Assembly (NCBI GenBank): GCA_043228905.1
Contig: JBHGNT010000018.1
Coordinates: forward strand, 9,486,001-9,550,000
Direction: 5' to 3'
Length of the DNA stretch: 64,000 nt
From: Azolla caroliniana
Taxonomy: Eukaryota; Plantae; Polypodiophyta
The notes beneath the pieces are model-generated. The model made no database searches and had not been told where the DNA came from. It saw only the letters and a program-made list of their open reading frames with translations. The position numbers were made by a program, and so were the translations under genes. Positions 36,128 through 50,256 of this stretch are shown in pieces. Within the stretch, counting starts at the first letter, position 1; every line of letters begins with the position of its first letter.

Positions 36128-37342
36128 ACGCGTCTTCTTGAAGATCAATAGGATAGTCGTAGAGCCGGTGTTCGGGCAAACGATCTGCATTATGTTTCTC
36201 AAATACATCGGAGAAGTCTTTATACTTTTCGGTAATAGTGTGGAGTGTGTTAGAAGTAGCTCCACAAACAACGAGTGGGTGATGAACTAAGGGTTGCATG
36301 GTCGAGTCGGAATCGACCATCTCCGGAGGATGTGAAATTGAATTAACCTTCATAGTTGTGTGCGAGCATCCTGGCTCGCTAAATGTGATCGAGCGACGGC
36401 ACCAATCCATTATTGGATTGTGTGCCTCCAACTAGGATAGTCCTAAGATGATCATATGCCGAGGAGATGTGATGAGGTAAAATGGGAGCTCCTCCTGGTG
36501 GGAGCCCACATAAAGCCCTAATGGGATTGTAGTCTCGGTAATTGCTGCTGACGAGAGGGCACACCCATCAATGGCTTAAACAAGAATGGGGTTTGAGAGG
36601 CACACGAAGGGTATCCCATGTGCTCGGGCGAATGCCACATCGATGAAGCAAGAAGACGCTCCAGAATCAAGAAAAGCGACAAACCGAATGGAACTGGAAT
36701 TAAAAGAAAGGCATACCTCCAATGTGAAATTGCCTGATGTTCTACCAATGGAACCAAGAGAATGTGGATGACGGGAGACGTCCAGTTGCATGGCTCCTAA
36801 TGCAATCAGACAATGTCGTTTTCTGGATGTTGGGGTCCATTGACGTGATAGAATGGTGGGCAATTACTCCTAGGACAATGGCGAAGGAGATGACCCGATG
36901 CACTACAATATAGGCACAATCCATTAGCCCACCGAAATTGTCATTCGGCATCAGTCAATGGCCGAAATCGAGCTTGATCAATTTCCATTAGTACTGGAGC
37001 ATCTGCCAAAGTAGGGGAGCGTGACACCACCGGAGGGAGTGATACCAAGTGTTGTACGACTGGGGTGTGTCGTGTAAATGAATGAGTCGAACCCCAAGTC
37101 TGGCGCTCTTCCTGGCGAAATTCAAAAAGACGATTGTCACAATGGACTGCTTGTGAAATCACTTGGGATAACGAGGTGGGGTCGGGAAAGTTCTAGAGAA
37201 GATTCTTGAAATTGCTTTGAAGGCCTCTCCGAAAGTGATAAGCTAAAGCTTGATCATCCCAGTTGACGTCACGTGCTAGTTGTCATAATTCCGAAGCATA
37301 GACAGAAGTTGCACGTGAACCTTGTTCGAGTGCATAAAGCTT
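36128..37342 (-). pseudogene. Tcn1-A gag C-terminus and protease
   Basis: AVHCDNRLFE, MEIDQARF, FLDSGASSCFID, LPEHRLYDYPIDL. Confidence 0.85.
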
Positions 37343-37350
37343 GGTGATGT

Positions 37351-37394
<44 letters not shown>

Positions 37395-37789
37395 GGAAAG
37401 ATTGTATTGTAGAGTAAAATGGATTACAAGGAGTAGGCAATAGAGTGCTACAAAATGGCGTTGAACCAATTTAGGTTTGGGATGATTGATAGATCCCTAT
37501 TTATAAGTAATAGAGAACACTCTAGAATATTCTAGGTCATCCTAGAATGTAGAGTATTCTAGAAGGTTTCTAGAGTATTCTAGAAGGTTCTAGTGTATAG
37601 AACACTCTAGAATATTCTAGGTTATTCTAGAATGTAGAGTAATATAGATTATTCTTATGATATTAGATTATATATTCTAAAAACTATACATATAAGAATA
37701 TTAATTCAATGGTTAAGGTTTTGACATGTGTACAACAAGGTTGTGGGTTTAAATCCTTTCGAGGCATGATTTGAGTGTCATCATGACAC

Positions 37790-40700
37790 TATCCCCCTTT
37801 TTCGACGACATGTCTCACGGGTCGTAGGGTTTGTATTAGGACCTGGTTTACGAGGATATTGGCGATGAATTGCAGTGACCATATCCGCAACATTGGAAAG
37901 ATTTGCGGCAAGTTCCCAAGTTTGATCATTGGGGGTATAACCTAGCCAATCGACCAAGTAATACAGCTTGTTGCGCATGATTTTAGAATCGAGAATGGCA
38001 GCAACCTCAAATTCGGGTCCATCCAAGAACTCAACAGGTGGTGGTGGTGTCGTAAGACGGTCCGGAATTGAACTTGCATTCCCAAGTTTGATCATTGGGG
38101 GTATAACTTAGCCAATCGACCAAGTAATACAACTTGTTGCACACGAATTTAGAATTGAGAATGGCAGCAACCTCAAATTCGGGTCCATCCAAGAACTCAA
38201 CAGGTGGTGGTGGTGTCGTAAGACGGTCCGGAATTGAACTTGCATTCCCAAGTTTGATCATTGGGGGTATAACTTAGCCAATCGACCAAGTAATACAACT
38301 TGTTGCACACGAATTTAGAATTGAGAATGGCAGCAACCTCAAATTCGGGTCCATCCAAGAACTCAACAGGTGGTGGTGGTGTCGTAAGACGGTCGGTAAT
38401 TGAACTTGTAGAATAAGGTTCCAAACGGGATACACGAAACACTAGATGAAGACGCATGTGCGGAGGGAAGCCAAGACGAAATGCAACATCACTTATCTTA
38501 CCAGTGATCATGTAAGGGCCAAAATTCTGGTAATCCAATTTACTACAAGGCCGAGTGATCTTGATGTTGTGTTGGAGAAGCCATACATGATCCCCAACGC
38601 GGAACTTTTTTGAGGAGTCTAGGTGATGACAATCCGCAAGCCGCTTGTGTGTAACTTGAGCATCATGCAAATTGTGGAGAATGGTAGTGTGAATTTTTTG
38701 GAGGCGACTAAGACAATCCTCAACAGCAGGGTTGGTAGGAACGTGTGGATGCACATTCATCGTCCACTGAGGATGACAACCCGTATTTGCGAAAAATGGG
38801 GAATATCTTGTAGAAGAATGAGCTGAGTTGTTGTAAGCGAATTCAGCCAAGTGCAAAAAATCAACCCAATCATCTGGTTGATAGTTGATGAAACAAGGAA
38901 GATATTGCTCCAAAGTCTGGTTAGTACGCTCAATTTGGCCATTACTCTCGGGATGATAGCCCGAAGAAAGCTCAACCGAAATGTGGAGAAGTTTGAACAT
39001 GTGCTTCCAAAACTTTGAGATGAATTCTAGACCACGATCACTAATAATATCATCTGGCAAACCATGATGCCTAAATACCTCCCGCATAACGAGATCGACC
39101 ACCTCTTGACTAGTAATAGACTTTGTACATGGCAAGAAGTGTGCCATTTTGGTAAGTCGATCCACCACAGTGAGAATTGCATCAAAACCTTTTCAAGGAT
39201 ATAGATGTCCAAGGATTTTCCGGAATGGGAAGTGGTTGTAGTAAGCCATAGGATCGGTGTCGAAGACTCTTTGCTCGACAACATATATCACAACTGCGAA
39301 CATACTCCTCAACAAAATGACGAACGCGGGGCCACCAATAGTGTCGAGAAATTAATTCTAGAGTTTTGCGAACTCCAAAATGACCAGCCATTGGTGAGTC
39401 ATGGCAATGTTGTAAAACTTGTAGTCGTGGGGAACCATCAGGAACATACAATAGGTTTTCTGAAACAGAAAACCACCATGCTAATAGAACTGATGATATT
39501 CATTATGAGAGTTTTTCGACTGTGAGCAAGAAGCACCAACCGGGATGATATGATCCAAAACATCCTTGGCAAATTCATTAGTGACCATATGATCTTGAAT
39601 GGAATCAAGAAGAGTGGAATCTTCAAGCATTGTTATGGCATTAACTACCATTAATCGGAGGTGATTAGGACCCAAAAGGATTTGTTTTTGATGCTCGAAT
39701 GTAGGTTCCCCTGGACGAAGTTCCATGTAAGAGCACCGAGAAAGAGCATCTGTATTGCCTTGCTGCATCCCAGGGTGATATATGATGACAAAGTCGAAGT
39801 GAGTCAAAAATTGCGCCCACCGGGCTTGTCGCTGACTCAAGACTCGAGCATTTTGAAAATATGTCAGGTTCTTATGATTGTTGTAAACAATGATTTGCTA
39901 AGAAGAACCTTCTAGAAAATGTCGCCATTGTTGAAAAGAATTAACAATTGCAAGAAGTTCTTTGTCATGGATCTCGTAGTTGATCTCTACAGCTTCAAAC
40001 TTTTGGGAATGAAAGGCGACAGGGTGTAGTTGTCCATCATCTCTAGTCTGCGATATGACACTCCCTAGTGCAAAATTGGATGCATCGGCTTCAAGGATGA
40101 AGCATTTTGTTGGGTCAACATGTGCTAAGATAGGTGTCGTTGTAAACGTTCGTTTTAAGATTTTGAATGCCTCAGCTGCATCTGAACTCCATATAAATGG
40201 CTGATTTTTGTGTGTGAGTGGAAGCACGACATTGGAATAATCTTTAATAAATTTTCGATAAAAATGTGCAAACCCGGGAAAACATTGCACATCACGCACT
40301 GAAAGGGGTGTTTGCCACTCTAAAATTGCTTGTACCTTCATGGGTTCCATAGCAATACCATCTGATGATACAACATACCCCAAAAATTCCACTTGATTCT
40401 GGCCGAAACTACACTTTTCTAATTTTGGGTAGAGACCATATTCTTGGAGTCGACACAGTACCTGACGAACATGTTCATCATGCTCCTCTTGGGTCTTCGA
40501 GTAGATTAGAATATCATCCAGGTAAACTATAGTGAAGATATCGAGAAAGTCTCGAAAAATATCATTCACCATATGTTGGAAAACTGCAGGTGCATTCGTG
40601 ATACCGAATGGCATCACAGTATACTCAAAATGTCCATAGCGAGTGCGAAAAGCTGTCTTCCATTCATCCCCCAGGCGAATCCGAACTAGATTATATGCAC

Positions 40701-41688
40701 TGCGAAGGGCTAACTTTGTGAAATATTTTGCTCCATTGAGATGTTCCAAAAGATTCAGGATTAACGGTAGAGCATATCTATTCCGGATAATCACTTTGTT
40801 TAGGCCTCGATAATCCACGATCAACCAAAGAGTCCCATTCTTTTTCTTGACGAAGAAGATAGGTGCGCCCGCAGGGGATCTAGAATGCCGAATGAATCCG
40901 TTTGCCAAATTCTCATCAATATATTCCCGCAAAGTCTCTAGCTCTACAAGGGAGAGACTATAAATTGGGCCCCATGGAGGTTCTTTCCCTGGTTGTAAGT
41001 CAATAGGGCAGTCGTATGGCCGATGCTCCGGCAATGTATTGGCCTTCACCTTATCAAAGACATCTGAGAACTCTTTGTATTTCTCTGGTAGTTTAATGTC
41101 AGCTTCATGTAAAGTGGATGATGGAGTTGCTACTATTGTGAAGACGAACATGGCCTCGTTCCCCCCTTCCTCACGCAACTGTCGTAGAGAGATGGTCGAT
41201 AACTCAAGGGATCTAGTATCACATGTCCAAGAGAGGGATGCAGGGTTTGTGCTTTTTTCCCAGGTCTCCGCAATTGTGCTTTTCAACCAATCAATCTTTG
41301 GGTTATGGAGTTCAAACCAAGGGAGACCTAGCACTATTGGGTGTTCCAGATTGCGAATAATGTTGAAAGAGATTATGCTTGCCAAATCGCCAAGAACTAT
41401 CCGAATTGGCTCGGACTCCTCGACTTTATCTCCTGATGCTATGGGATAGCCATCAATCACTCCTACGGCTACTAGGCTTGGGAGCTTATTCAAGAGGATG
41501 TTTTGTGACAAGGCATATTCACGATCCATGAAACAAGAGGTGGCTCCAGAATCTAGGAGGGCAGAGGCTAGGACTCGATGACATGTAGATGTGGTAAGCT
41601 CGACTTGTGCAGAAAAAACTTGACTCACTTGATTTGAGGAAATGGAACCACGACTAGGAACTAACTCTACATAGCTAGGATGGTCCAA
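37790..41688 (-). pseudogene. Tcn1-B pol (PR-RT-RH-INT-chromodomain), disrupted
   Basis: LLDSGATS, YLDD, EADAS, HDSPMAGHFG, EFEVAAILDS..YLVDWLGY..TWE. Confidence 0.92.
37913..38410. repeat. Three tandem 166-bp copies of the chromodomain-coding segment
   Basis: Units start at 37913, 38079 and 38245. Confidence 0.9.
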
Positions 41689-42050
41689 CCAAATGGCTCC
41701 TATTTTGGCCAGACTTACTCGTTTAGCACATCCTCTAATTGGTTCAAGACATCAAATCTATTTTCATGGCATGGACAATGAGGCTTACTTATGTTATTAG
41801 AAGTAACAATGGAACTCGAAGTAGGGTTGTCATGGGCACTTGGTATACTTGACGTCTAGGTTTATGTGGACAATTTACAACTGTATGTCCTGGACCGTCA
41901 CAATATAGGCATAGGCGATGCACTCAACGATGTTACTTCTCGGCATCTGATAAATGCTCACAACATTGTGTTGACTCTATTTCCATCGAAGTTGGGTCAT
42001 CCCTTGCAATGGGTCTGGAAGCTTGTGGAGGTGTTTGACTACGGAAGCAC

Positions 42051-45000
42051 TGTCGTAGTGTAATTCGCACACTACGTGAAAATTGCATTTTGGTTCCTCT
42101 AGATGGGACAAGGAGGAACTGGTAAGGAGAATCGGTTGAAGGAGGAACCGGATGAAGGAGGAACTGGCAAGGAGGACCCGGTAAGGAGACCTAGATCAAG
42201 CAGAACCAACAAGAGCTGGATAAAGAAGGCCGGTGAGAGTCTCTCACCGGATGAAGAGAAAAATTTGTAAATAGATGAAAAGATTGTTACATGCACAGGA
42301 CAAGATTCGAACCCTGTACCTCCACGTAGACAAACCCCAACCTTGCCATTGTACTAACTTATTCTAAGTGATTTAAATAAAGATTTAATACGTATAAGAC
42401 CTTTATTAAAAGGTAAGTCATGCATTTTTTGAATGCGTGAATACATTATTTATAAGAAAAATGTACACCAATAAAAAAAAATTACTCGTGCGCATCTAGC
42501 GAGCATGAGCACTATATTTAGTAAATAAAAGCATAGTGTAAAAAGCAACTCATGCACATTTAGTGTGCATGAACACTTTAGAAAAAGCACGAAGCTATGC
42601 TTAGCCTCTTCCATCCTTATATAAGGAGGAGAGAAATATGTATGGGGTTGTTGATTATTTTACATGAATTGATCAATCTAATATATTCGTGGGATTCACG
42701 AGTTTATCATCAAAATTCTCTTTCTTACAATCTAAATATTGATTAAATACACAAAACACGTGGGATTCACAAGTTTTATTTCTTACTTCTCTTCTACCTA
42801 TTCATAACTAGCCTTATATTGAATTCTTCTTTCTCCTAGTCCAAAACCTCAGTGGTTCCCACCCGACTCACGCAACGATCCGGAGCCGAAAGGCACATCA
42901 CAAGTGGTGAACCCGACATGAAACCGGGTGGAAAGGAGATGGAAAATCAACCAGGGGCTAACAACATGATGGCGATGTTTGAGTGGATGCTACAAGAACA
43001 ACACGCGATGTTGGAGATTGCGGTGGCAGTAGAGCGGCTTGTGCAACGGAACCAGCAATTCAACGGGAAAGACGTGTCGCGATATTTGCGAGATTACAAG
43101 GCAGAAATGCTACGGTGCGGGATTTCGGAAGGACTGCAAGTGACATCCTTCAACCGCGTGGCGACCGACGGGATTCAAGGGAGTATCCATGGGATACGAC
43201 AACAAAATCCGACGTGGGAGGCATTTGAAGAGGCGCTAAGGACCACCTTCGCCATCGAGGACTCCTCCAAGGCAACGAGGAGGAGATTCGAATATTGGGT
43301 GGAAACACTGGATAAGGGGATGAAGGTCCTTGATGTGTTTTCATCATTTGAAAGTCAGTTTGGGAGGTTGTTTGCGAGAGATCAAGCTATCGTTGCACCG
43401 GAAAAAGTGATCATGTTCCTACGAGTTGTGGATATCCGGCACCAGAAAGATCTTGGAGTGCTTTTGGAGGACACGACCACTGAGAGTGGCCTCGCCGAAA
43501 CATGGGAAAACATGCGGGATATCGTCATGCGATACACGAAGAAGGGGCAATGGCTTGCTAGCGAAGAAAAGAGGGTTTCAGAACCGATTCCGAAACCGAG
43601 ATCCGGTTTGGAAGACCATCAACCAAGGGCTCGGGAGACTACGACCGAGAAGGGAATTGATGCAACCACGGTGGAGCAGTTGTTGAAAGAAATGGAGAAT
43701 CTGAAAATTGCGATGGTAAAGAAGTCTGATGACCGTCCCACAAGCTCCAAGTATATGGACCGTCGGTGCATATGGTGCGATAGCCCTGAACATGATCGGA
43801 GGGATTGCGACGAGCACAAGGAGGCATTACGACGGGATCTTATGTACTACGAGGGAAATCAGATCCATTCAATGGACTCTCGGAAGCCACTCCGATTGAA
43901 CTTCCGGAAAGGCGGCATGAAGAAGGTCCTCGAGGAGGAAATAACAGTGAAAAGCAATTATGTGACAACTGCGGGAATATGTGTTGGGGAGTCATCGGGA
44001 GCAAAGGCGTCTTTTTGGCCGGAAGTGCTAGAAAACCCCAAGAAAACCGATTCCAATGAGATCCGAAGCACTGCGGAAGGCATTTGAGAAGCTACGAAAT
44101 GGGAGTGCCCCATTGATAAGAATAGTGTACACGACGCCCTATGCCAATTGCATGAGGTGTATGTAGACGACAAACGACGGTGCACGGATGATGCGGATGG
44201 ACCATCAAAGACACCAGAAAGCTGGAACTCCGGAGGGAAGGGGAAAGAAAAGACGATTCCGTCATTCAAACTCGCCTCAGACATCGAACAACAAACAGAC
44301 TTGAAAAAAGTGTTCGAGGAGAGAATCCTCGATAGCTGAGTGGAATTTTCGCTTCGGGAATTGCTTGGAATAGCGAAGAAGGAGTTCCATGATCTTCTTG
44401 TGGATCTCGTGAAGAGAAAAAGACAAAGTACGGAGGAGAACGCTCCAAGCGTAAATGCGAACACGGTTTTAATGAATGACACCGAAGTGGAGGACGAAAT
44501 TCCGAACTCCCACTACACAAGGCCACACTGGGCACGTGCAACTACGAAGACTCTGATCCGAATCGGCAACATCAAAGAGCCCGTGCTAGAATTGATTGAT
44601 CACAGATCGGAGATCAATTTGATGTCCAAGGAGTTCTACCGGAAGGGGAAGTGGCCTATAAACACTAACAATGGATGGAAGATCCGTGCAACCACTAAAG
44701 CAATAGAAGACCTATTTGCGGCTTGTTCGGATGTGACGGTGAAGATCGGAGATGTGGAGATAGACCAAAATTTCTTTGTGCAAGATGAGGTCTCACACTC
44801 CGTGATCCTCGGGTAACCCGTTATCACGGCATCATGGATGGAGACGAAGGTGCTCGATAGCGGTGCGGCTTTTGCACAAATTCGGAGTCAAAGCGGAGGG
44901 AAATCCATCCAATTCCTAACTGTGCCTGCGAATCATGTAAGGAACAAGAGAGAGCTCTTGTCCCAAACAAGGATGAATTTTTAGAGTGGATTTTTGCGAA

Positions 45001-48000
45001 GTGGGGAAGTGATAGTCTGAGAAGCCCTGAACCCCACATAGGAAGAAAACTCTCGGAGCAAAACAAATACGAATTGGTCCGGATGGGGCATCTACGTACA
45101 TGGCCATAACTAGAGGAAAGAAGAAAGAATACCGAAAAGTAGAGGATAAGTTGCGGTCGGCATCAATAATAAAAGAAGACGAAGAAATCGTGGGGTTAGT
45201 CGAAGAAGTGTTCTATGGGAACATGCTACAATGGCTTGAAGAGCTTGTGGAGGATAAAAGCCAAGGAGACCGGGTAGTCTCGGTGGAATCGGTCGAGATG
45301 TACTAGATCATTGCGAAAATGGGGCCGGATGTGCTCCACAAAGAAGAAGCAATGGTAAGTACGAAATACAAGACCGTGGAGAAGAAAGTGAAACCGGCCG
45401 TGGGACCGTTACCCGCCGATAGCGAGCAAAACAGGAAAGAAGTCTCGGGAGATCCGACACTTAGGAAGTTCGTGGATATCGGAGATACCTTCACGGATGA
45501 GACCCGGAAGAAACTTCGGATCGGTGGAGGTGGTTTCCTTTTACAAAATGAAGAAGAACAATTCCGTGGGATGTTGGAACAACATGGGAAAGCATTTGCA
45601 TTCACATTGAAGGAGATAGGGTGCGTTGATCCGAAGATAGTGGAGCCGATGGTGATCTTCATGATTGACCATGTGCCGTGGAATCTAAAGCCGATTCCGG
45701 TGCTGCGGGCACATATTCCCAAAATCATTGACTTGCTCAAGGAGAAGGTGGCGATGGGGATTCTAGAGCCATCAAACGCTCCGTACTCAAATCGATGGTT
45801 TACGGTTCCGAAGGAGAATGGGTCACTTTGATTTATCCAAGACTTGCAACCGGTGAACAAGGTCATGATCCGGAACTCCGGAGTCAGTCCGATAGTGGAC
45901 AAATTTGCAGAAGCATTTGCCGGTCGTGCGATATACTCCATTGGAGACCTATACTTAGGGTATGACCAATTCCAACTAGCCATGGAGAGCCGAGACATCA
46001 CTACTATGCGGACACTGATAGGATTAGTCCGAATGTGCACACTACCACAAGAAGCGACAAACTCAGTTGCACATATGATGAGCGCGATGAACAAGGTGCT
46101 TCGAGATTGCATTCCGGAGATAACGATGCCGTTCCTAGATGACATTCCGATGAAAGGATGCGCGGTAGAAGAAAAAGATGAAACTATGGATGATCGGGGA
46201 TGCCGAAAATTCGTAGTCGACCATATTTGTGATTGCAAGAAAGTGCTTCGAAAGTTAGAAGATGTGCACCTAACACTTTCCGGGGAGAAATCGGCATTCG
46301 GGCAAGAAGAGATATTGGTAGTCAGATATCTATGTGGGCCCTACGGCCGAAGACCGTCACCAACCAAGATCAATGCGATTCAAGCTATGAAAGAAGTATG
46401 CGAGTCACAATCTGAAGTCTGAAGGTTTCTTGGAGCTTGTGCATTTTATCGCATATGGATTCCGCACTATGCACATATTGTGGAACCAATCTATCACTTA
46501 TTGTGGAAGGGGAAGAAGTTCAAATGGAAACCGGAACACACCAAAGCCATGAAGAAGCTCAAAGAAACACTACGGAGGGCTGAAGCACTTAAGAAGCCGA
46601 GCTATGAGCGACCGATCATAGAAACCGTTGATACAAGTCCAACCAGGATCGGATGGGTCATCAATGAAATCGGATTGAGGTTATTTGATCGGAGCCGAAG
46701 TAGTGATCGAAACGGATTGTCTTCCGATACTCGGGATGATGCGGTGTTGCACGATACTGTATGTGGCTATGCTAAGATGGATTGCATATGTTAAGTCGCT
46801 TAACCCGGATGTACAACACATCTCCGGAAAAGACAATGCAGTAGCGGATATGCTATCAAGGGCTCAGTTCAGAGACGACATAGCCGAATCCGATAATGAA
46901 GAAGTTTCTCAAAACTACTTTGCTTCGGAGCACATATGCTGAGTAAACGTAATCTGAGAATTCCGAGAAAAAGAATACGAGGGAGACAGCTTGATGATCG
47001 GGAAGGTGCTACAAGAGATTGAGGAATCATTGGACGATAAAGAGAAGAGAGCCGAGATCCGAAGGAAGAAGAGGGAAGTCCAAAAGTTCTTCTTGAAAAA
47101 TGGATTAATATGGAGGGAGCCGAAAAGACTGGATGGCATACTACTTCGGGTAGTCGGGATGAAAGAGCAACGAAACTAGATAATGTCCGAGTTTCACGAA
47201 TCCGATTGGGCTGGACATCGAGGAACATGGACAACTTTTGTGAAAATCAAACAAAAATATTGGTGGAAGAATATGTACAAAGATATAGCGGAGTTCATGA
47301 AAAGCTGCGAGAAGTGTCGAATCTACTCCGGAATTCGACACCGAGATGAGTTACATCCGACATTCTCACCGACAATCAACTTCAAATGGATGGTCGACAT
47401 TGTAGCTATACCAACCGGGATCGGACAAAAGAAGTACTTGGTGTTAGCTCGGGAAGATCTCACAAACCAAGTAGAAGGTCAGGCGCGACGAAGGAGAAAG
47501 TGTTCTGTGGTATGCCAATTTCTTTTGGAGGAGGTGTTTTGCAGGTACGGGTGCGTAGGACAAGTGATTGCGGATCGGGGAGAACTCGACTCTGATAAAG
47601 CTAGGTAATTCTTCACCAAACATGGAGTTCGGTTAACACTAACAACAACATACAATCCGGAGGCCAACGGGAAAATCGAACGAGGACATAGTCCGATCGT
47701 CAAAGCACTTGCCAAAGCATGCGACGGAAGGGCGAAGGATTGGCCGCAAATGTTCCCGTATGCACTATGGGTGGATTGGACGACGCATAGTTCCGTAATC
47801 GGTTATATGCTGATAGAACTTATGACCGGACAAGCACCGGTAATGTCGACGGAAACCGCAATTGCGACATGGACAACGCTGCCGTCGAAGGAAGAGATGA
47901 GCCGAGAAGAAATACTAGCGGTCCAGATACGACAACTGGGGGGAAGACCGGAAGACATAGCGGAAGCAACACGCCGACAATAGGAAGCGGGATTCCGGAA

Positions 48001-49321
48001 CAAAAACTGATTCGAGACAAACCACTGACTATGACCACGGAAGATTGAAGAAGGAGATTGGGGGATTGTCTATGACAGTAGTTTGGATCATCAACATACA
48101 ACGATACGGAAGTTCACAAAAAGGTGGTTCGGGCCATACGAAATTCGGAAAGTTTTCGACAACGGAACTTACCGACTATGCGAATTGGATGGAACGATAC
48201 TACGAGTGCCTATAGCGGGGAAACGGGTAAAGATCTTCAAGAAGCGGACTGACGACGAACCCTATGTAACCCTAGACAAGAGCGACAACGAGGAGCAACC
48301 GGACAAAGATCGTGGTGATGCGGAAAGCGAAGAAAGTGGACTTCAACTCGTAGAGAATCGGAGAGTGCTACGGATGAAAGCGAATAATGAGCATCGGGAA
48401 CTTCGGCACATACTGGAGGATGTGCGGGTTTGGAGGGGGCGAGTGTCGTAGTGTAATTCACACACTACGTGAAAATTGCATTTTGGTTCCTCCGGATGGG
48501 ACAAGGAGGAACCGGTAAGGAGGAACCGGTAAGGAGAACCGGTAAGGAGAACCGGTTGAAGAAGGAACCAGATGGAGGAACAGGCAAGGAGACCCGGTAA
48601 TAACCGGATCAAGCAGAATCGGCAAGAGCTGGATAAAGAAGGCCGGTGAGAGTTTGTCACCGGATGAAGAGAAAAATTTGTAAATAGAAGGAAAGATTGT
48701 TACATGTATAGGGCTGGATTCGACCTCCACGTAAACAAACCCAAACCTTACCATTGTACTAACTTATCCTAAGTGTTTTAAATATATATTTAATACATAT
48801 AAGACCTTTATTTACGCCTACCTTTATTAAAAGGTAAGTCATGCAGTTTTTGAATGTGTGAATACTTTATTTATAAGAAAAATGTACACCAATAAAAAAA
48901 AATTACTCGTGCACATCTAGCGAGCATGAGCACTATATTTAGGAAATAAAAGCATAGTGTAAAAAGCAACTCATGCACATTTAGTGTGCATGAACACTTT
49001 AGAAAAAGCACGAAGCTATGCTTAGCCTCTTCCATCCTTATATAAGGAGGAGAGAAATATGTATGGGGTTGTTGATTATTTTACATGAATTGATCAATCT
49101 AATATATTCGTAGGATTCACGAGTTTATCATCAAAATTCTCTTTCTTACAATCTAAATATTGATTAAATACACAAAACACGTGGGATTCACAAGTTTTAT
49201 TTCTTACTTCTCTTCTACCTATTCATAACTAGCCTTATATTGAATTCTTCTTTCTCCTAGTCCAAAACCTCAGTGGTTCCCACCCGGCTCACGCAACGAT
49301 CCGGAGCCAAAAGGCATGACA
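42051..49321 (+). mobile_element. Phygy-like Ty3/gypsy element B, degenerate
   Basis: LTRs 42051-42900 and 48444-49321, PBS TGGTGAACCCGACATGA at 42905-42921, PPT ggagggggcgag, flanks GCAC/ACGC (decayed GCGC). Confidence 0.92.
42918..48440 (+). pseudogene. Phygy-B gag-PR and RT-RH-INT with many premature stops
   Basis: CIWCDSPEH, IDHRSEIN, FLDD, HESDWAGHRG, WFGPY. Confidence 0.9.
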
Positions 49322-49325
49322 ACGC

Positions 49326-50095
49326 AAGTCTGTTCTGGTTGGCGGCGTAACATTTGTTGGCTCTTAGAAGGTCGCTCAAATAGGCGATTATCACATTGCA
49401 CGACTCGACTAATGGCCTCTGTAAGCAACTTCAGATCTTTATGGAAAGTAAGAAGAAGATCTTTGACATCATTTCGCAAACCTTGATGGAATTGATACAT
49501 TAAGGCCGCCTCATCCTAAGGGATATCGCATACAAAGAGACGATAATAAGTTGCGTAAGCCAACACGAGACGATCTCCTTGTCGGAGCCTTCAAATCTTT
49601 TTTATCGTTGTCCTAGTGGTGTCAGTGTCAGTGTCTCCTAAACTTGTTTGAAACTCCTTAACAAATGCCTCGAAATCCTCCAGCAACGACGATTTCTTCT
49701 CGAGAAGTGGTGCGAACCATGCAAACGCCGTACCACATAGCAAAGTTCCCACTAATCCAACACGAGCAACATCAGTGGGATACTGATTGGGATGTAGCTA
49801 AATAAACAAACAAACTTGATTCAAAAGCCTCGAAATAAAGACCTTGTACCATGAAACTTGGCAGGGAGGCTAATATTTAGGTCTTTAGGGGAGTTCTGAG
49901 CCCCTGACACTTGTTCTCGTAATGATAATATAGTTGCCTCGAGTTGGTGAACCCATTGTGATAATTCTTCATACTGTTGAGCTTTTTCGGCGCTCACATG
50001 TTGTAGGTCTCCAAGTAGCCTTTCATTTTCATGCTCTAATGCCACAAATTTATTCGTGAGCATGTCGAGCTCAGAAAGAACACACATATACTCAT
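49326..50095 (-). pseudogene. Tcn1-B gag N-terminal part
   Basis: ISLPAKFHGTRSLFRGF; FHQGLRNDVKDLL..CDNRLFE. Confidence 0.8.
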
Positions 50096-50194
50096 GTTTT
50101 GTCACGGAGCTTATGAGGGGAGAGGAGAAGGAAGAAGAGAACTTGTTAGGGTTTGTGGAAGAGGAAGAAATGAAAAAAAATTGTTTCAAACTGT

Positions 50195-50256
<62 letters not shown>

